Assembly: GCA_964594835.1 (NCBI GenBank)
Contig: CAZQNA010000004.1
Span: 96,001-160,000, forward strand
Source of the DNA: an uncultured Nitrososphaerota archaeon
GTDB taxonomy: Archaea; Korarchaeota; Korarchaeia; Korarchaeales; Korarchaeaceae
Direction: 5' to 3'
Length of the DNA: 64,000 bases
In this document: positions 27,927-36,887 of the stretch, piece by piece
Layout of the letters: each line of letters opens with the position of its first letter
Position numbering within the stretch: position 1 is the stretch's first letter
The notes under the pieces: generated by a model
The model's input: the letters and a program-made list of their open reading frames with translations, nothing else
Databases searched by the model: none
Told to the model about the DNA's origin: nothing
Translations under genes and position numbers: made by a program

Positions 27927-28550
27927 TCAGCGGTCCCCGCGTTTCAGGAGCGAGAGGAGTGCGGAGACGATGCCCAGCCTAACCTCGGGGTCCCGCTCCC
28001 TGGGGAGCAGGCTGGCCAGCTCGGAGGTCACCCTGTCCCTTAGGTCCCCCCGCGACGCCGCGATCCCCCACAGGCTGCCCAGCGCCGCGAGGCGGACCCT
28101 CCTGACCTCTCTCCCCGTCCTCAGCACCTCAAGGAGCTTATCCAGCGCGGCCTCCTCTCCCCCCTCCGCGAGCGCCCCCAGGACCTTTACGGCCGCGACC
28201 CTCAGGTCTGGCTCCACGCGATCGAGCCATCGGAGGGCGGATCTTAGGGCCTCCCCCCCGGCCCGGGGAGCAGAGTCCACGAGCAGGACCGTGGCGGCCG
28301 CCCTAAGCCCCCGTTCCCAACCCTCGAACTCCTCGTCCACGATCCTCGACAGGTCCTCCCAGCCCGAGAGATACGCCAGGCATAGCCTGGCGAAGGACTC
28401 GCCACCGGCCGTTCTGGCCCTGGGGACCTCCCCCCTGGAGACGGCCCGAGCTATCTCCGACAGCTCCTCCACGTCGACCGTCTCTCCGTCGCTCGCCGAC
28501 GCGGCTTCGGCCGCGAGGCGTAGGATTTCGGCGAGGCTCTCGTCGCTCAA
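27927..28550 (-). CDS. HEAT-repeat protein
   Basis: Repeated EPDLRVAAVKVLG / RRVRLAALGSL / DPEVRLGIVSAL units. Confidence 0.6.
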   Translation of the reverse strand: MSDESLAEILRLAAEAASASDGETVDVEELSEIARAVSRGEVPRARTAGGESFARLCLAYLSGWEDLSRIVDEEFEGWERGLRAAATVLLVDSAPRAGGEALRSALRWLDRVEPDLRVAAVKVLGALAEGGEEAALDKLLEVLRTGREVRRVRLAALGSLWGIAASRGDLRDRVTSELASLLPRERDPEVRLGIVSALLSLLKRGDR

Positions 28551-28727
28551 GTCGCTCCCTCCAAAAAACTCTTAACGGTGATGATGGGAAAATACGATCT
28601 CTCAGAGGTCAACTCGGCGCCATGGAGTGTCAAAAGGCCCGACAGACTTTAATTACTTATCGCGGGGGGATAGTGGAAATCGGCCCGCCACCCGCTCAGA
28701 CCGGCGGGCGGAGGGAGTTGGGGAGAT

Positions 28728-30440
28728 ATGGTGGAACAGAGCGTAGCAGGGAGGGTAATCAGGGTAGCAGAGAGAGACATACCCATAGGGGGGCCCTCGC
28801 CTCCGATTAGGGAGGGAGAGAAACTTCTGAGGAGGACGCTGTCACTCTGCCCCGAGTGCTACAGGCTTCTTCCGGCCGTGGTGTTCGAGAGGGACGGCAA
28901 GGTATTCATAAGGAGGGTCTGCCCGGAGCACGGGGAGGTCGAGGAGCTCTACTGGGGGGACGCCGGGTTCTACGAGAGGGCCCTCGGGTTCGAGGCCCCG
29001 CCCATGAGGATAGAGCCCATCGTCCCAATGACGGCCCCGTGCCCCTTCAGCTGCGGGCTCTGCCCGGCCCACGGCGACATGACCGCGCTGGCCAACATAG
29101 TCCTCACCAACAGGTGCAACCTCGACTGCTGGTACTGCTTCTTCTACGCCGAGAGGGCTGGCTTCGTGTACGAGCCCTCGCTTGAGCAGATCAGGCGCAT
29201 GATCCGCGTACTCAGGAGCGAGAGGCCAGTCCCCGGGCTGGCGGTCCAGCTGACCGGGGGAGAGCCGACCCTGAGGGACGACCTGGTGGACATAATCAAG
29301 ATGATCAAGGAGGAGGGCGTCAGGCACATTCAGCTGAACACCCACGGCATAACCTTCTTGAAGAGGCCCGAGCTCATGAGGCAGGTCAGGGAGGCCGGGG
29401 TCAACACGATGTACCTCAGCTTCGACGGCGTCACGCCGAGGACCAACGTGAAGAACCACTGGGAGATGCCCTACATCCTCGACATCGCCAGGAAGTCCGG
29501 CATGACGAGCATAGTCCTCGTCCCCACCGTGATAAACGGGTTCAACACCCAGGAACTCGGGGACATAATCAGGTTCGCCGCCCTCAACATAGACGTCATC
29601 AGGGGGGTCAACTTCCAGCCCATATCCCTGACGGGCAGGGTCCCCAGGTCCGAGAGGGAGAGGCTCAGGATCACCATCCCCGACGTCATCAGGCTCATCG
29701 AGGAGCAGACCGACGGCCAGATCCCGATGGACTCGTGGTACCCCATCCCGTTCGTAACGTTCCTAAGCGACCTCGTCGAGGCCCTGACGGGCAAGCCCCA
29801 GTTCAGAATGACGAATCACCCCGCCTGCGGGGCCGCGACGTATGCGTTCCCCGAGTACGAGCGCGTCGACGGAGAGAGGCGGGTGAAGAGGTTCGTCCCG
29901 ATCACGGACTTCATAGACGTGGAGGGGTTCAGGGAGTACGTCCTGGAGAAGGTGGAGGAGCTCAGGTCGGGGGCCAACAGGTGGGTCACGCTCCTCAAGA
30001 TAGCGGCCAACCTCTCTAGGTTCATCGACAGGGAGAGGCAGCCGGAGGGCATCAACGTCCTCTCCCTGATGAGGCAGGTGCTCATGAGGAGGAACTACGA
30101 CGCCCTGGCGGAGTTCCACTACAAGTCCCTCTTCCTAGGGATGATGCACTTCATGGACCTCTACAACTACGACGTCCAGAGGGTCATGAGGTGCAACATA
30201 CACTACCTCTCCCCGGACGGCAGGGTCATCCCGTTCTGCACGTTCAACGTACTCCCCGACCTCTACAGGGACTACGTTCAGAGACAGTACGGCGTCCCAC
30301 TGGAGGAGTACGCCAAGGCGCACGGGACCGGGGCCATCGGACCCGAGAGCAAGTACAGGAGGGACGTGAAGAGGCTCGAGTCGGGAGAACCCTACAAGAG
30401 GACCTACGCCCCCTTCATGCACCTGTGGAGGGAGTCCTGA
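28728..30440 (+). CDS. tes: Tetraether lipid synthase (Tes / GDGT-MAS, MJ0619 family radical SAM)
   Basis: SLCPEC...CPEHG rubredoxin-like motif, CPFSCGLC--H, TNRCNLDCWYCF, GGEPT, FDG, NFQP, HPACG, MHFMD-YN, C-IHY...IPFC. Confidence 0.88.
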   Translation: MVEQSVAGRVIRVAERDIPIGGPSPPIREGEKLLRRTLSLCPECYRLLPAVVFERDGKVFIRRVCPEHGEVEELYWGDAGFYERALGFEAPPMRIEPIVPMTAPCPFSCGLCPAHGDMTALANIVLTNRCNLDCWYCFFYAERAGFVYEPSLEQIRRMIRVLRSERPVPGLAVQLTGGEPTLRDDLVDIIKMIKEEGVRHIQLNTHGITFLKRPELMRQVREAGVNTMYLSFDGVTPRTNVKNHWEMPYILDIARKSGMTSIVLVPTVINGFNTQELGDIIRFAALNIDVIRGVNFQPISLTGRVPRSERERLRITIPDVIRLIEEQTDGQIPMDSWYPIPFVTFLSDLVEALTGKPQFRMTNHPACGAATYAFPEYERVDGERRVKRFVPITDFIDVEGFREYVLEKVEELRSGANRWVTLLKIAANLSRFIDRERQPEGINVLSLMRQVLMRRNYDALAEFHYKSLFLGMMHFMDLYNYDVQRVMRCNIHYLSPDGRVIPFCTFNVLPDLYRDYVQRQYGVPLEEYAKAHGTGAIGPESKYRRDVKRLESGEPYKRTYAPFMHLWRES

Positions 30441-30494
30441 CACCCTCGGCGGCCTCCACACCCCTCTCTTTCTCTGGACGTCCAAGTCGGGAGC

Positions 30495-31643
30495 GTGGGC
30501 GGATTGGGCTCAGGTGAGCGTCGCCAAGTTGCCGTCGTCGGGGCGGGGCCGGCGGGCGTCGCGGCGGCCAACCTCCTGGCGGAGTCCGGCGCGGACGTCG
30601 TCCTCATAACCCGTGAGAGGGAGCCAGGGAGGCCCACGATCTGCGGAGAGTTTGTTCCCGAGCCCGACTGGGCCAGGTCCATCCTCCCGGAGCACCTCTG
30701 GTGGTCGGTCGACTTCACCTACGAGCTCCTGGACCTCCCGAGAACCACCCTAACGCGCATAGAGACCCTAGAGCTGAGGCTCGGGTCGAGGAGAACCGTC
30801 GAACTCGAGTTCCCCTCCAGGGTCCTGGACAGGGCCGAGTCCATAGGGACGGCCGCCTCTCGGGCGGGGAGGGCGGGGGCCCAGCTGATGCTTGGGACCA
30901 CCCTCGTGGACCTATCCGTGGAGGGCGGCGGCGTGGAGGTCCGCCTGAGGAGGGAGGGGAGGCCCCTCTCCCTCACCGTCGACTGGCTCGTGGCCGCGGA
31001 CGGGGTTCCCTCCACGGCCGCCAGGTCGGCGGGCCTCCCACCCCACAGGGAGGTGGCCCTGGCCGTCAACCAGAGGAGGTCAGGGGTGGAGTACCCCGAG
31101 GATCGCCTGCTCATGTGGGTCGACTCGAGGGTGGCCCCCGGGGGGTACGCCTGGATAATCCCGCGGGGGGGCGGCGTGGCGAACGTGGGCCTGGGGTACC
31201 CCGTGCCGGGGGGCCGCGGCGCCGGCGAGTACTTCCGCAGGCTCCTGTCCTCCCTGCCCGAGCTATCGGCATCGTCCCCAGAGGGGGACCTCAGGGGGCG
31301 TCTGCTCCCGGTCGCCGGCCTGAGGGGGAGACTGCACGCGGGCCGACTGATCCTGGCCGGAGACGCCGCGGGGACCTGCATCCCGTCCAACGGAGGGGGG
31401 ATAAACACAGCCATGATATCCGGCGCCCTCGCGGCCCAGTCCGTCCTGAACCGAGGGGGCGGGTCCGCCTACGAGTCGGCCGTCAGGGCGAGCCTGGGGC
31501 CTATCCTGGAGAGGGCGCTGAGGTTCAGGAGGCTGGCGACGTTCCTGATGAGGTCAACCCTCCTCTGGGATCTCGTCGGCGTCCTCCTACCCGAGGGGCT
31601 CATCAGGTCGGCGGTCACTCTCTCGAGCTGGCCCTCGGGCTGA
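30495..31643 (+). CDS. Geranylgeranyl reductase family FAD oxidoreductase
   Basis: VVGAGPAG, ICGE, AADG, PGGYAWIIP, NVGLG, GDAAG, GGGI. Confidence 0.85.
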   Translation: MGGLGSGERRQVAVVGAGPAGVAAANLLAESGADVVLITREREPGRPTICGEFVPEPDWARSILPEHLWWSVDFTYELLDLPRTTLTRIETLELRLGSRRTVELEFPSRVLDRAESIGTAASRAGRAGAQLMLGTTLVDLSVEGGGVEVRLRREGRPLSLTVDWLVAADGVPSTAARSAGLPPHREVALAVNQRRSGVEYPEDRLLMWVDSRVAPGGYAWIIPRGGGVANVGLGYPVPGGRGAGEYFRRLLSSLPELSASSPEGDLRGRLLPVAGLRGRLHAGRLILAGDAAGTCIPSNGGGINTAMISGALAAQSVLNRGGGSAYESAVRASLGPILERALRFRRLATFLMRSTLLWDLVGVLLPEGLIRSAVTLSSWPSG

Positions 31644-32835
31644 GGTCTCTCAGCCGGACCCTCGCCCTGCGGGTCGGGCTCCCCCACACCACCAGCACCT
31701 CGTCCTCCCGGAGCCTCTTGAGCTCGCGGATGCTCTCGCCGTCCAGCTGCCTGAGCGACCCCAGGATCTGGGACTGCCAGGAGGCCCTCAGTCCCGGGCA
31801 CAGCACCAGGACCGGGAAGACGTCCCAGAACCTTGCGTCCGCCGCAGAGTCCACCGCCAGGACTACCCCCCTACCCGCCAGCCTGGTCAGCAGGTCTCCC
31901 ACCTCGGCGCGGAGGCGGCGATCCGAGTCCCTGGAGACGCTGGAGGAGAGGGCCGTCGCCACCAGGAAAGACGGGTGATCCGTCGAGAGGGACTGCATTG
32001 CGGCCAGGAGCGCCGCGACCTCCCTCGCGCTGGTTGGCTCGACGCCCGACAGGTCCACCAGTAGTGCGCCGAACCTGGGCATCGCGTCGATGACGGAGAC
32101 CCTGACCCCGCCGGAGAAGCTGCCGGCCAGGACCCTCAGGTCCTGGGGGGTGGTGAGGTTCCTGGCCAGCGCGTCCAGCGTCCTGTTCCTCAGGGCGGCC
32201 TCTATAGAGGAGGCGTTTCCGCCGCACGCGGCAGAGACCAGCCAGGCCGCCTTGACGTAGTGCTCAGGGGGCGCCGTCGGGCTCATCAGGTCCAGGTCCT
32301 CCGGGCCAACCTCGGTGTAGGCGGAGCCCACCTCGTCGAACTCCTCCCTCGCCACCCCGACGGTGTCCACCACCACGACCCTGAGAGGGAGGGCGGCCGC
32401 GGTGGCCGCCAGCCTGAACGCCACCCTGGCCGCCGATCTGATGTCCGGACCCACGACGAGGACGGACTCTGGGCCCTTAGGCGGGAGCGGAGGCTGCGCA
32501 GAGCCGGTAGTCTCCTCCCCGCTCGAACTCGGACCAGCCCCCGCCGCCCTCTCAACCCGGGGCCAGAGCCTCAGCCCCGCCGCGGCTCCCAACGCCGATC
32601 CCAGCAGGGGAGACAGGAGATAGGCGACGACCGAGCCCAGAGCGAGGCCAGCCAGGTCCCTAGCCCCCACTCGGCCGAGCCCGCCCGATATCCAGGCAGA
32701 CGTCACCCAGGCCGCCGAGACTGCCAGAGCGGGAGATATGGCCAGCCTCACCGGAGAATAGTGGACCTCAACGCTCGCGACGAACAGAGAGACGCCCAGC
32801 GCGGCCGTGACCTTGACGATCCTGCTCGGGCTCAA
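31615..32835 (-). CDS. Membrane-anchored degenerate HerA/VirB4-like protein
   Basis: About three N-terminal TM helices, then SVLVVGP, RVVVVDTVG, LLVDLS and C-terminal LKRLREDEVLVV; no GKT. Confidence 0.5.
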   Translation of the reverse strand: MSPSRIVKVTAALGVSLFVASVEVHYSPVRLAISPALAVSAAWVTSAWISGGLGRVGARDLAGLALGSVVAYLLSPLLGSALGAAAGLRLWPRVERAAGAGPSSSGEETTGSAQPPLPPKGPESVLVVGPDIRSAARVAFRLAATAAALPLRVVVVDTVGVAREEFDEVGSAYTEVGPEDLDLMSPTAPPEHYVKAAWLVSAACGGNASSIEAALRNRTLDALARNLTTPQDLRVLAGSFSGGVRVSVIDAMPRFGALLVDLSGVEPTSAREVAALLAAMQSLSTDHPSFLVATALSSSVSRDSDRRLRAEVGDLLTRLAGRGVVLAVDSAADARFWDVFPVLVLCPGLRASWQSQILGSLRQLDGESIRELKRLREDEVLVVWGSPTRRARVRLRDLSPRASSRE

Positions 32836-32910
32836 CCCGCCGCACCGCCTCGCCTTCCTCCCCGCGATGTACAGATTACAAGGCTTGCGGGTGGGCCGGG
32901 AGGGACCGAT

Positions 32911-32923
32911 GACTTAATAAGTC
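32911..32923. promoter_or_regulatory. Palindromic operator-like site upstream of the HTH regulator
   Basis: GACTTA-A-TAAGTC is a perfect inverted repeat overlapping a TATA-like TTAATAA. Confidence 0.4.
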
Positions 32924-32974
32924 GCCCATAAAACGGGCGTGATATAACCTAAAACCCCGTGAAGGTGAAGGAGC

Positions 32975-33415
32975 ATGATCGCCCAGCCCTGCGAACTCGT
33001 CGTGAAGACCCTCATACCGGCGATAAGGGCTATGGTGGCCAGAGAGCTGGTTTTGAACGCCGGGAAGAAGCAGGTTGAGGCGGCGGAGCTCCTGGGGGTC
33101 ACCCAGGCCGCCATAAGTCAGTACCTCCGCGGGACCAGGGGGGGTAAGCTGAGGCTGGATCGGTATCCAGAGGTGACCTCCATAGTGAAGAGGCTCGCCC
33201 ACGGTCTCGCCGAGGGGAAGCTGGACAAGGACGAGGCCGCGATACTGGTCTGCGAGGCATGCTACACGGCGAGGAAGCTGGGAGTCTTCTGCGACTCGAA
33301 CGTCGGGGCGAGGGAGAAGTACGCCGAGACGGCCCAGCTCATATGCAAGTACGACACCATGAGGCCCCAGCTGCTCAAGAAGGTGGCCTCGGGGGCATCC
33401 CTAGACCCGAGCTGA
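32975..33415 (+). CDS. XRE-type HTH transcriptional regulator (COG2522-like)
   Basis: PCE-VVK-LIPAIRA-VARELV, QVEAAELLGVTQAAISQYL-G-RG, CxxC. Confidence 0.85.
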   Translation: MIAQPCELVVKTLIPAIRAMVARELVLNAGKKQVEAAELLGVTQAAISQYLRGTRGGKLRLDRYPEVTSIVKRLAHGLAEGKLDKDEAAILVCEACYTARKLGVFCDSNVGAREKYAETAQLICKYDTMRPQLLKKVASGASLDPS

Positions 33416-33559
33416 GGCCTCATCCGCCGGAGAAGGCTCACTCCGCCGGCCGGGGGAAGCACCACAGGATCGGGCTCCAAGGGACCGGGAGACGGGCCCA
33501 CACTTCAAAGGGGAGAATATTTTTACGATTGATCTGGGGGCGGCCCCGGGTGTGACTTC

Positions 33560-34906
33560 TTGGAGGAGGCCCCCAAGATCGTGGTCGAGCCGCCCGGTCC
33601 CAAGGCCCGCGAACTCCTCGAGCGCGATCAGCGCGTGATCTCTCCGTCCTACGTGAGGTTCTATCCCCTCGTGGTCGACCGCGCGAAGGGCGCCCTGATC
33701 TACGACGTAGACGGCAACGTGTACATAGACCTGAACTCGGGCCTGGCGGTCATGAGCGTGGGTCACGGTCACCCAGAGGTCCTCAGGGCGATAAAGGAGC
33801 AGGCGGATCGCCTGCTTCACTACTCCAACACCGACTTCTACTACGAGCCCTCCGTACGGCTGGCTGAGAAGCTGGTGCAGATAACCCCCGGGAACTTCGG
33901 GAAGAGGGTGTACTTCGGGAACAGCGGGACCGAGGCCGTCGAGGCCGCCATGAAGATGGCCCGCTGGCACACGAAGAGGCAGTACTTCATCGGCTTCATA
34001 GGGGCGTTTCACGGGAGGACCCTCGGCTCGCTCAGCCTGACCTCCAGCAAGCCCGTCCAGAGGGGGAGGTTCTCGCCCCTAATACCTGGGGTCGTGCACG
34101 TGCCCTACCCCTACTGCTACAGGTGTCCGTTCAGGCAGCAGTTCCCCGACTGCGGCCTCTACTGCGTCGACTTCATCGAGGAGTGGGTCCTGAAGAAGTA
34201 CGTCCCGCCGGACGAGGTCGCGGCGTTTGTGATCGAACCGATCCAGGGAGAGGGAGGCTACGTCCCTCCCCCCGAGGGATACTTCGAGAGGCTCAGGAAG
34301 CTGGCCGACGAGCACGACATCCTCCTGATATTGGACGAGGTTCAGTCTGGGACGGGGAGGACTGGAAAGTGGTGGGCGATTGAGCACTGGGGCGTCGTGC
34401 CGGACGCGATCACCTCCGCCAAGGCCCTAGGGGGAGGTCTGCCGCTCGGCGCGCTCATAGCCAGGGAGGACCTCATGGACTGGGTCGGCGGGTCCCACGC
34501 GAGCACCTTCGGCGGGAACCCTGTCTCGTGCGCCGCCAGCCTCGCCACGATATCCGTCATAGAGCGGGAGAACCTGCTCGAGCGGGTTGCCAGGCTGGGG
34601 GAGGAGGTCAAGAAGCGGTTCAGGGACGCGATGAGCGAGCACCCGCTCATAGGGGACGTCAGGGGGAAGGGCTTCATGGTGGGAGTTGAGCTGGTCAAGG
34701 ACAGGGAGACGAAGGAGCCGGCGAAGAAGGAGGCCGCCGAGGTCATGATGCGGGCGTGGAAGAGCGGAGTGGCTGTCATCACGGCCGGAGTCAGCACCAT
34801 AAGGATAGCACCACCGCTCAACATCCCTGAGGACCTCCTCTGGAGGGCCATCGACATAATTCTCGACAAGATGGGCGAGGTGGAGCGGGAGAAGGGGCTC
34901 TCGTGA
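33560..34906 (+). CDS. Class III PLP aminotransferase (acetylornithine/4-aminobutyrate family)
   Basis: NSGTEAVEAA, AFHGRT, EPIQGEGG, DEVQSG-GRTG, SAK-LGGG, STFGGNP. Confidence 0.92.
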   Translation: MEEAPKIVVEPPGPKARELLERDQRVISPSYVRFYPLVVDRAKGALIYDVDGNVYIDLNSGLAVMSVGHGHPEVLRAIKEQADRLLHYSNTDFYYEPSVRLAEKLVQITPGNFGKRVYFGNSGTEAVEAAMKMARWHTKRQYFIGFIGAFHGRTLGSLSLTSSKPVQRGRFSPLIPGVVHVPYPYCYRCPFRQQFPDCGLYCVDFIEEWVLKKYVPPDEVAAFVIEPIQGEGGYVPPPEGYFERLRKLADEHDILLILDEVQSGTGRTGKWWAIEHWGVVPDAITSAKALGGGLPLGALIAREDLMDWVGGSHASTFGGNPVSCAASLATISVIERENLLERVARLGEEVKKRFRDAMSEHPLIGDVRGKGFMVGVELVKDRETKEPAKKEAAEVMMRAWKSGVAVITAGVSTIRIAPPLNIPEDLLWRAIDIILDKMGEVEREKGLS

Positions 34907-34981
34907 CCCCTCACCTTCATTAAGGCGGGCGTCGAGCGCCCGTCTTTTTCTTTCAAACCCCCCTCACCATTGGTGTCCCGC

Positions 34982-35233
34982 ATGGGAGGGTGGCCCAGGA
35001 GGCTGGCCGCCGCGGTGCTCGTGGCGGCCGCGCTGGGGATCTCCGTCGCATCCGCGATCCCCTATCAGGTGGTGGTCGTCTACCTGCCCTACGAGAGGGT
35101 CCCCGAGGAGCACGTAGTTCACTGGACGGGCGTCAGTCCACCTCAACCTCCTCCAGATCCTCCAGCTCCGTCAGAAGTCCCCCAGCTCGCCCCGGGGTTT
35201 AGGATCCCGGCGTCCTCGCTCATCCCCCTCTAG
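34982..35233 (+). CDS. Small hypothetical protein with signal/TM segment and Pro-rich tail
   Basis: RR followed by hydrophobic LAAAVLVAAALGISVASA; PPQPPPDPPAP tail. Confidence 0.45.
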   Translation: MGGWPRRLAAAVLVAAALGISVASAIPYQVVVVYLPYERVPEEHVVHWTGVSPPQPPPDPPAPSEVPQLAPGFRIPASSLIPL

Positions 35234-35346
35234 GCCCGGGTTCACCCCAATTTTTTATTTCAGGCCGGGCGTTTGTGAGCTGCCGGGGGAGTTTTCTCCC
35301 CTGAAGGACAAATTGGAGGGAGGGAAGGGACGTGGAGGCAAAGTTG

Positions 35347-35547
35347 ATGTCCGACGACATCTCAGCCCGGCTCAGGGAGAAGGGTTACGTGATCAAGCGG
35401 TACCCAACCAAGACGGTAGCCGAGTCCGAGGATGGAAGGGTAGTCGTCTTCGGCCACGGAGGCTGGGTGCTGATGTCCTACCAGGGGAGGGCCGTGAGCG
35501 CCTCCCTCTCGCTGGACAGGGGGAAGCTCGAGGAGGAGGTCCTCTGA
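35347..35547 (+). CDS. Small hypothetical protein
   Basis: 66-aa ORF with genome-typical codon use, a GGAGG SD and an upstream TTTTTTATT promoter-like tract. Confidence 0.5.
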   Translation: MSDDISARLREKGYVIKRYPTKTVAESEDGRVVVFGHGGWVLMSYQGRAVSASLSLDRGKLEEEVL

Positions 35548-35572
35548 CCCTCCTCTGACCCTCCTCTGACCC
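35540..35572 (+). repeat. Tandem repeat 3 x TCCTCTGACCC
   Basis: Three exact 11-nt copies spanning the stop codon of the small ORF. Confidence 0.9.
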
Positions 35573-35711
35573 ACTCACCTTTCTTTTCAGTTTCGAGCCG
35601 AATCACAACCCGTCGGGTCAGGTGGGGCCCTCTCAGCCCGTGGCGGGCGATCTTACATGACCACATAATATAAAAGCGGGAGTCTTATGCTTTTGACACG
35701 GGGGTGATTGG

Positions 35712-36791
35712 ATGGGAAAGGTCAGGGTTGCCTTGGCGGGCATCGGGAACGTCGCGTCCTCGATCGTTCAGGGGGTCTTCTTCTACAGGGATGCCCCGGA
35801 TGACAGCTTCGTTCCGGGGCTGATGCACGTGAGGTTCGGCCCGTATCACGTCTCGGACATAGAGTTCGTGGCGGCCTTCGACGTGGACGAGAGGAAGGTC
35901 GGTAAGGACCTGTCGGAGGCGATATTCTCGCCTCCCAACTGCGTGCCCAAGTTCGCCGACGTTCCCAGGCTGGGGGTCGAGGTCCTCAAGGGGCCCGTGC
36001 TGGACGGAGTGGCCCCACACATGAGGGAGTTCAAGTACGGCGAGGGCTTCAGGGTGAACGACTCCAGGCCCAGCGTCGACGTGGCCGACGTCCTGAAGGA
36101 GGTCGGCGCGGACGTGCTCGTGAACCTGGTCCCCGTGGGATCCTACGAGGCCAGCAGGGCCTACGCCAGGGCGGCGCTGGAGTCGGGCACCGGCTTCGTC
36201 AACGGGATACCGGAGTTCATAGTCAGCGACCCCGAGTGGGCCAAGAAGTTCGAGGAGGCTGGCGTGCCCGCCGCGGGCGACGACTTCAAGAGCCAGCTCG
36301 GCGCGACGATCCTCCACAGGGCCATAGTCGACCTGGCCGTGGCCAGGGGTCTCAAGGTGATCGAGACCTACCAGCTGAACATAGGCGGGAACACGGACTT
36401 CCTCAACATGATAGAGGAGGACAGGCTGACCACCAAGAGGATCAGCAAGACTCAGGCGGTCACCAGCCTGGTGCCCTACGACGTGAAGGCGAGGATAGGC
36501 CCGAGCGACTTCGTCCCATTCCTCGGGGACAGGAAGGTTATGTACGTCTGGCTGAAGGCGGAGCAGTTCGGGGGCTTTCCGATATACATCGACGTCAAGC
36601 TGAGCGTCATGGACTCGCCGAACGCCGCAGGCGTTGCGATTGACGCCATCAGGGCCGTGAAGATAGCCAGGGACAGGGGGCTCGCGGGGCCGCTGGTCGG
36701 GGTTAGCGCCTACTTCTTCAAGCACCCGCCCGAGCAGTACCCCGACTCGGTGGCCAGGCAGATGGTCGAGGACTTCATCAGAGGAGGCTGA
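35712..36791 (+). CDS. ino1: Myo-inositol-1-phosphate synthase
   Basis: GIGNVASS, AAFDVD-RKVG, GDDFKSQLGAT, YQLNIGGNTDF, DSPN-AG. Confidence 0.93.
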   Translation: MGKVRVALAGIGNVASSIVQGVFFYRDAPDDSFVPGLMHVRFGPYHVSDIEFVAAFDVDERKVGKDLSEAIFSPPNCVPKFADVPRLGVEVLKGPVLDGVAPHMREFKYGEGFRVNDSRPSVDVADVLKEVGADVLVNLVPVGSYEASRAYARAALESGTGFVNGIPEFIVSDPEWAKKFEEAGVPAAGDDFKSQLGATILHRAIVDLAVARGLKVIETYQLNIGGNTDFLNMIEEDRLTTKRISKTQAVTSLVPYDVKARIGPSDFVPFLGDRKVMYVWLKAEQFGGFPIYIDVKLSVMDSPNAAGVAIDAIRAVKIARDRGLAGPLVGVSAYFFKHPPEQYPDSVARQMVEDFIRGG

Positions 36792-36887
36792 GCCTCCCAC
36801 TCCCTTTTTGGAACGATCTTTTCCAACCTCTGGCCCGCCCGGGCCGACGGGGTGTTAATATATTCGGCTGACCGCTGACAATCCAAC

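Noticed and set aside
28578-28652. GTGATGA box C-like motif with CAGA/CCGA downstream (possible C/D sRNA), also readable as a ~23-aa ORF
   Set aside because: No canonical CUGA box D, no clear C' box, and no identifiable rRNA/tRNA target.
28627-35699. 10-nt complementary match GTGTCAAAAG (upstream of tes) / CTTTTGACAC (upstream of ino1)
   Set aside because: A single 10-mer match among several kb of intergenic DNA is expected by chance.
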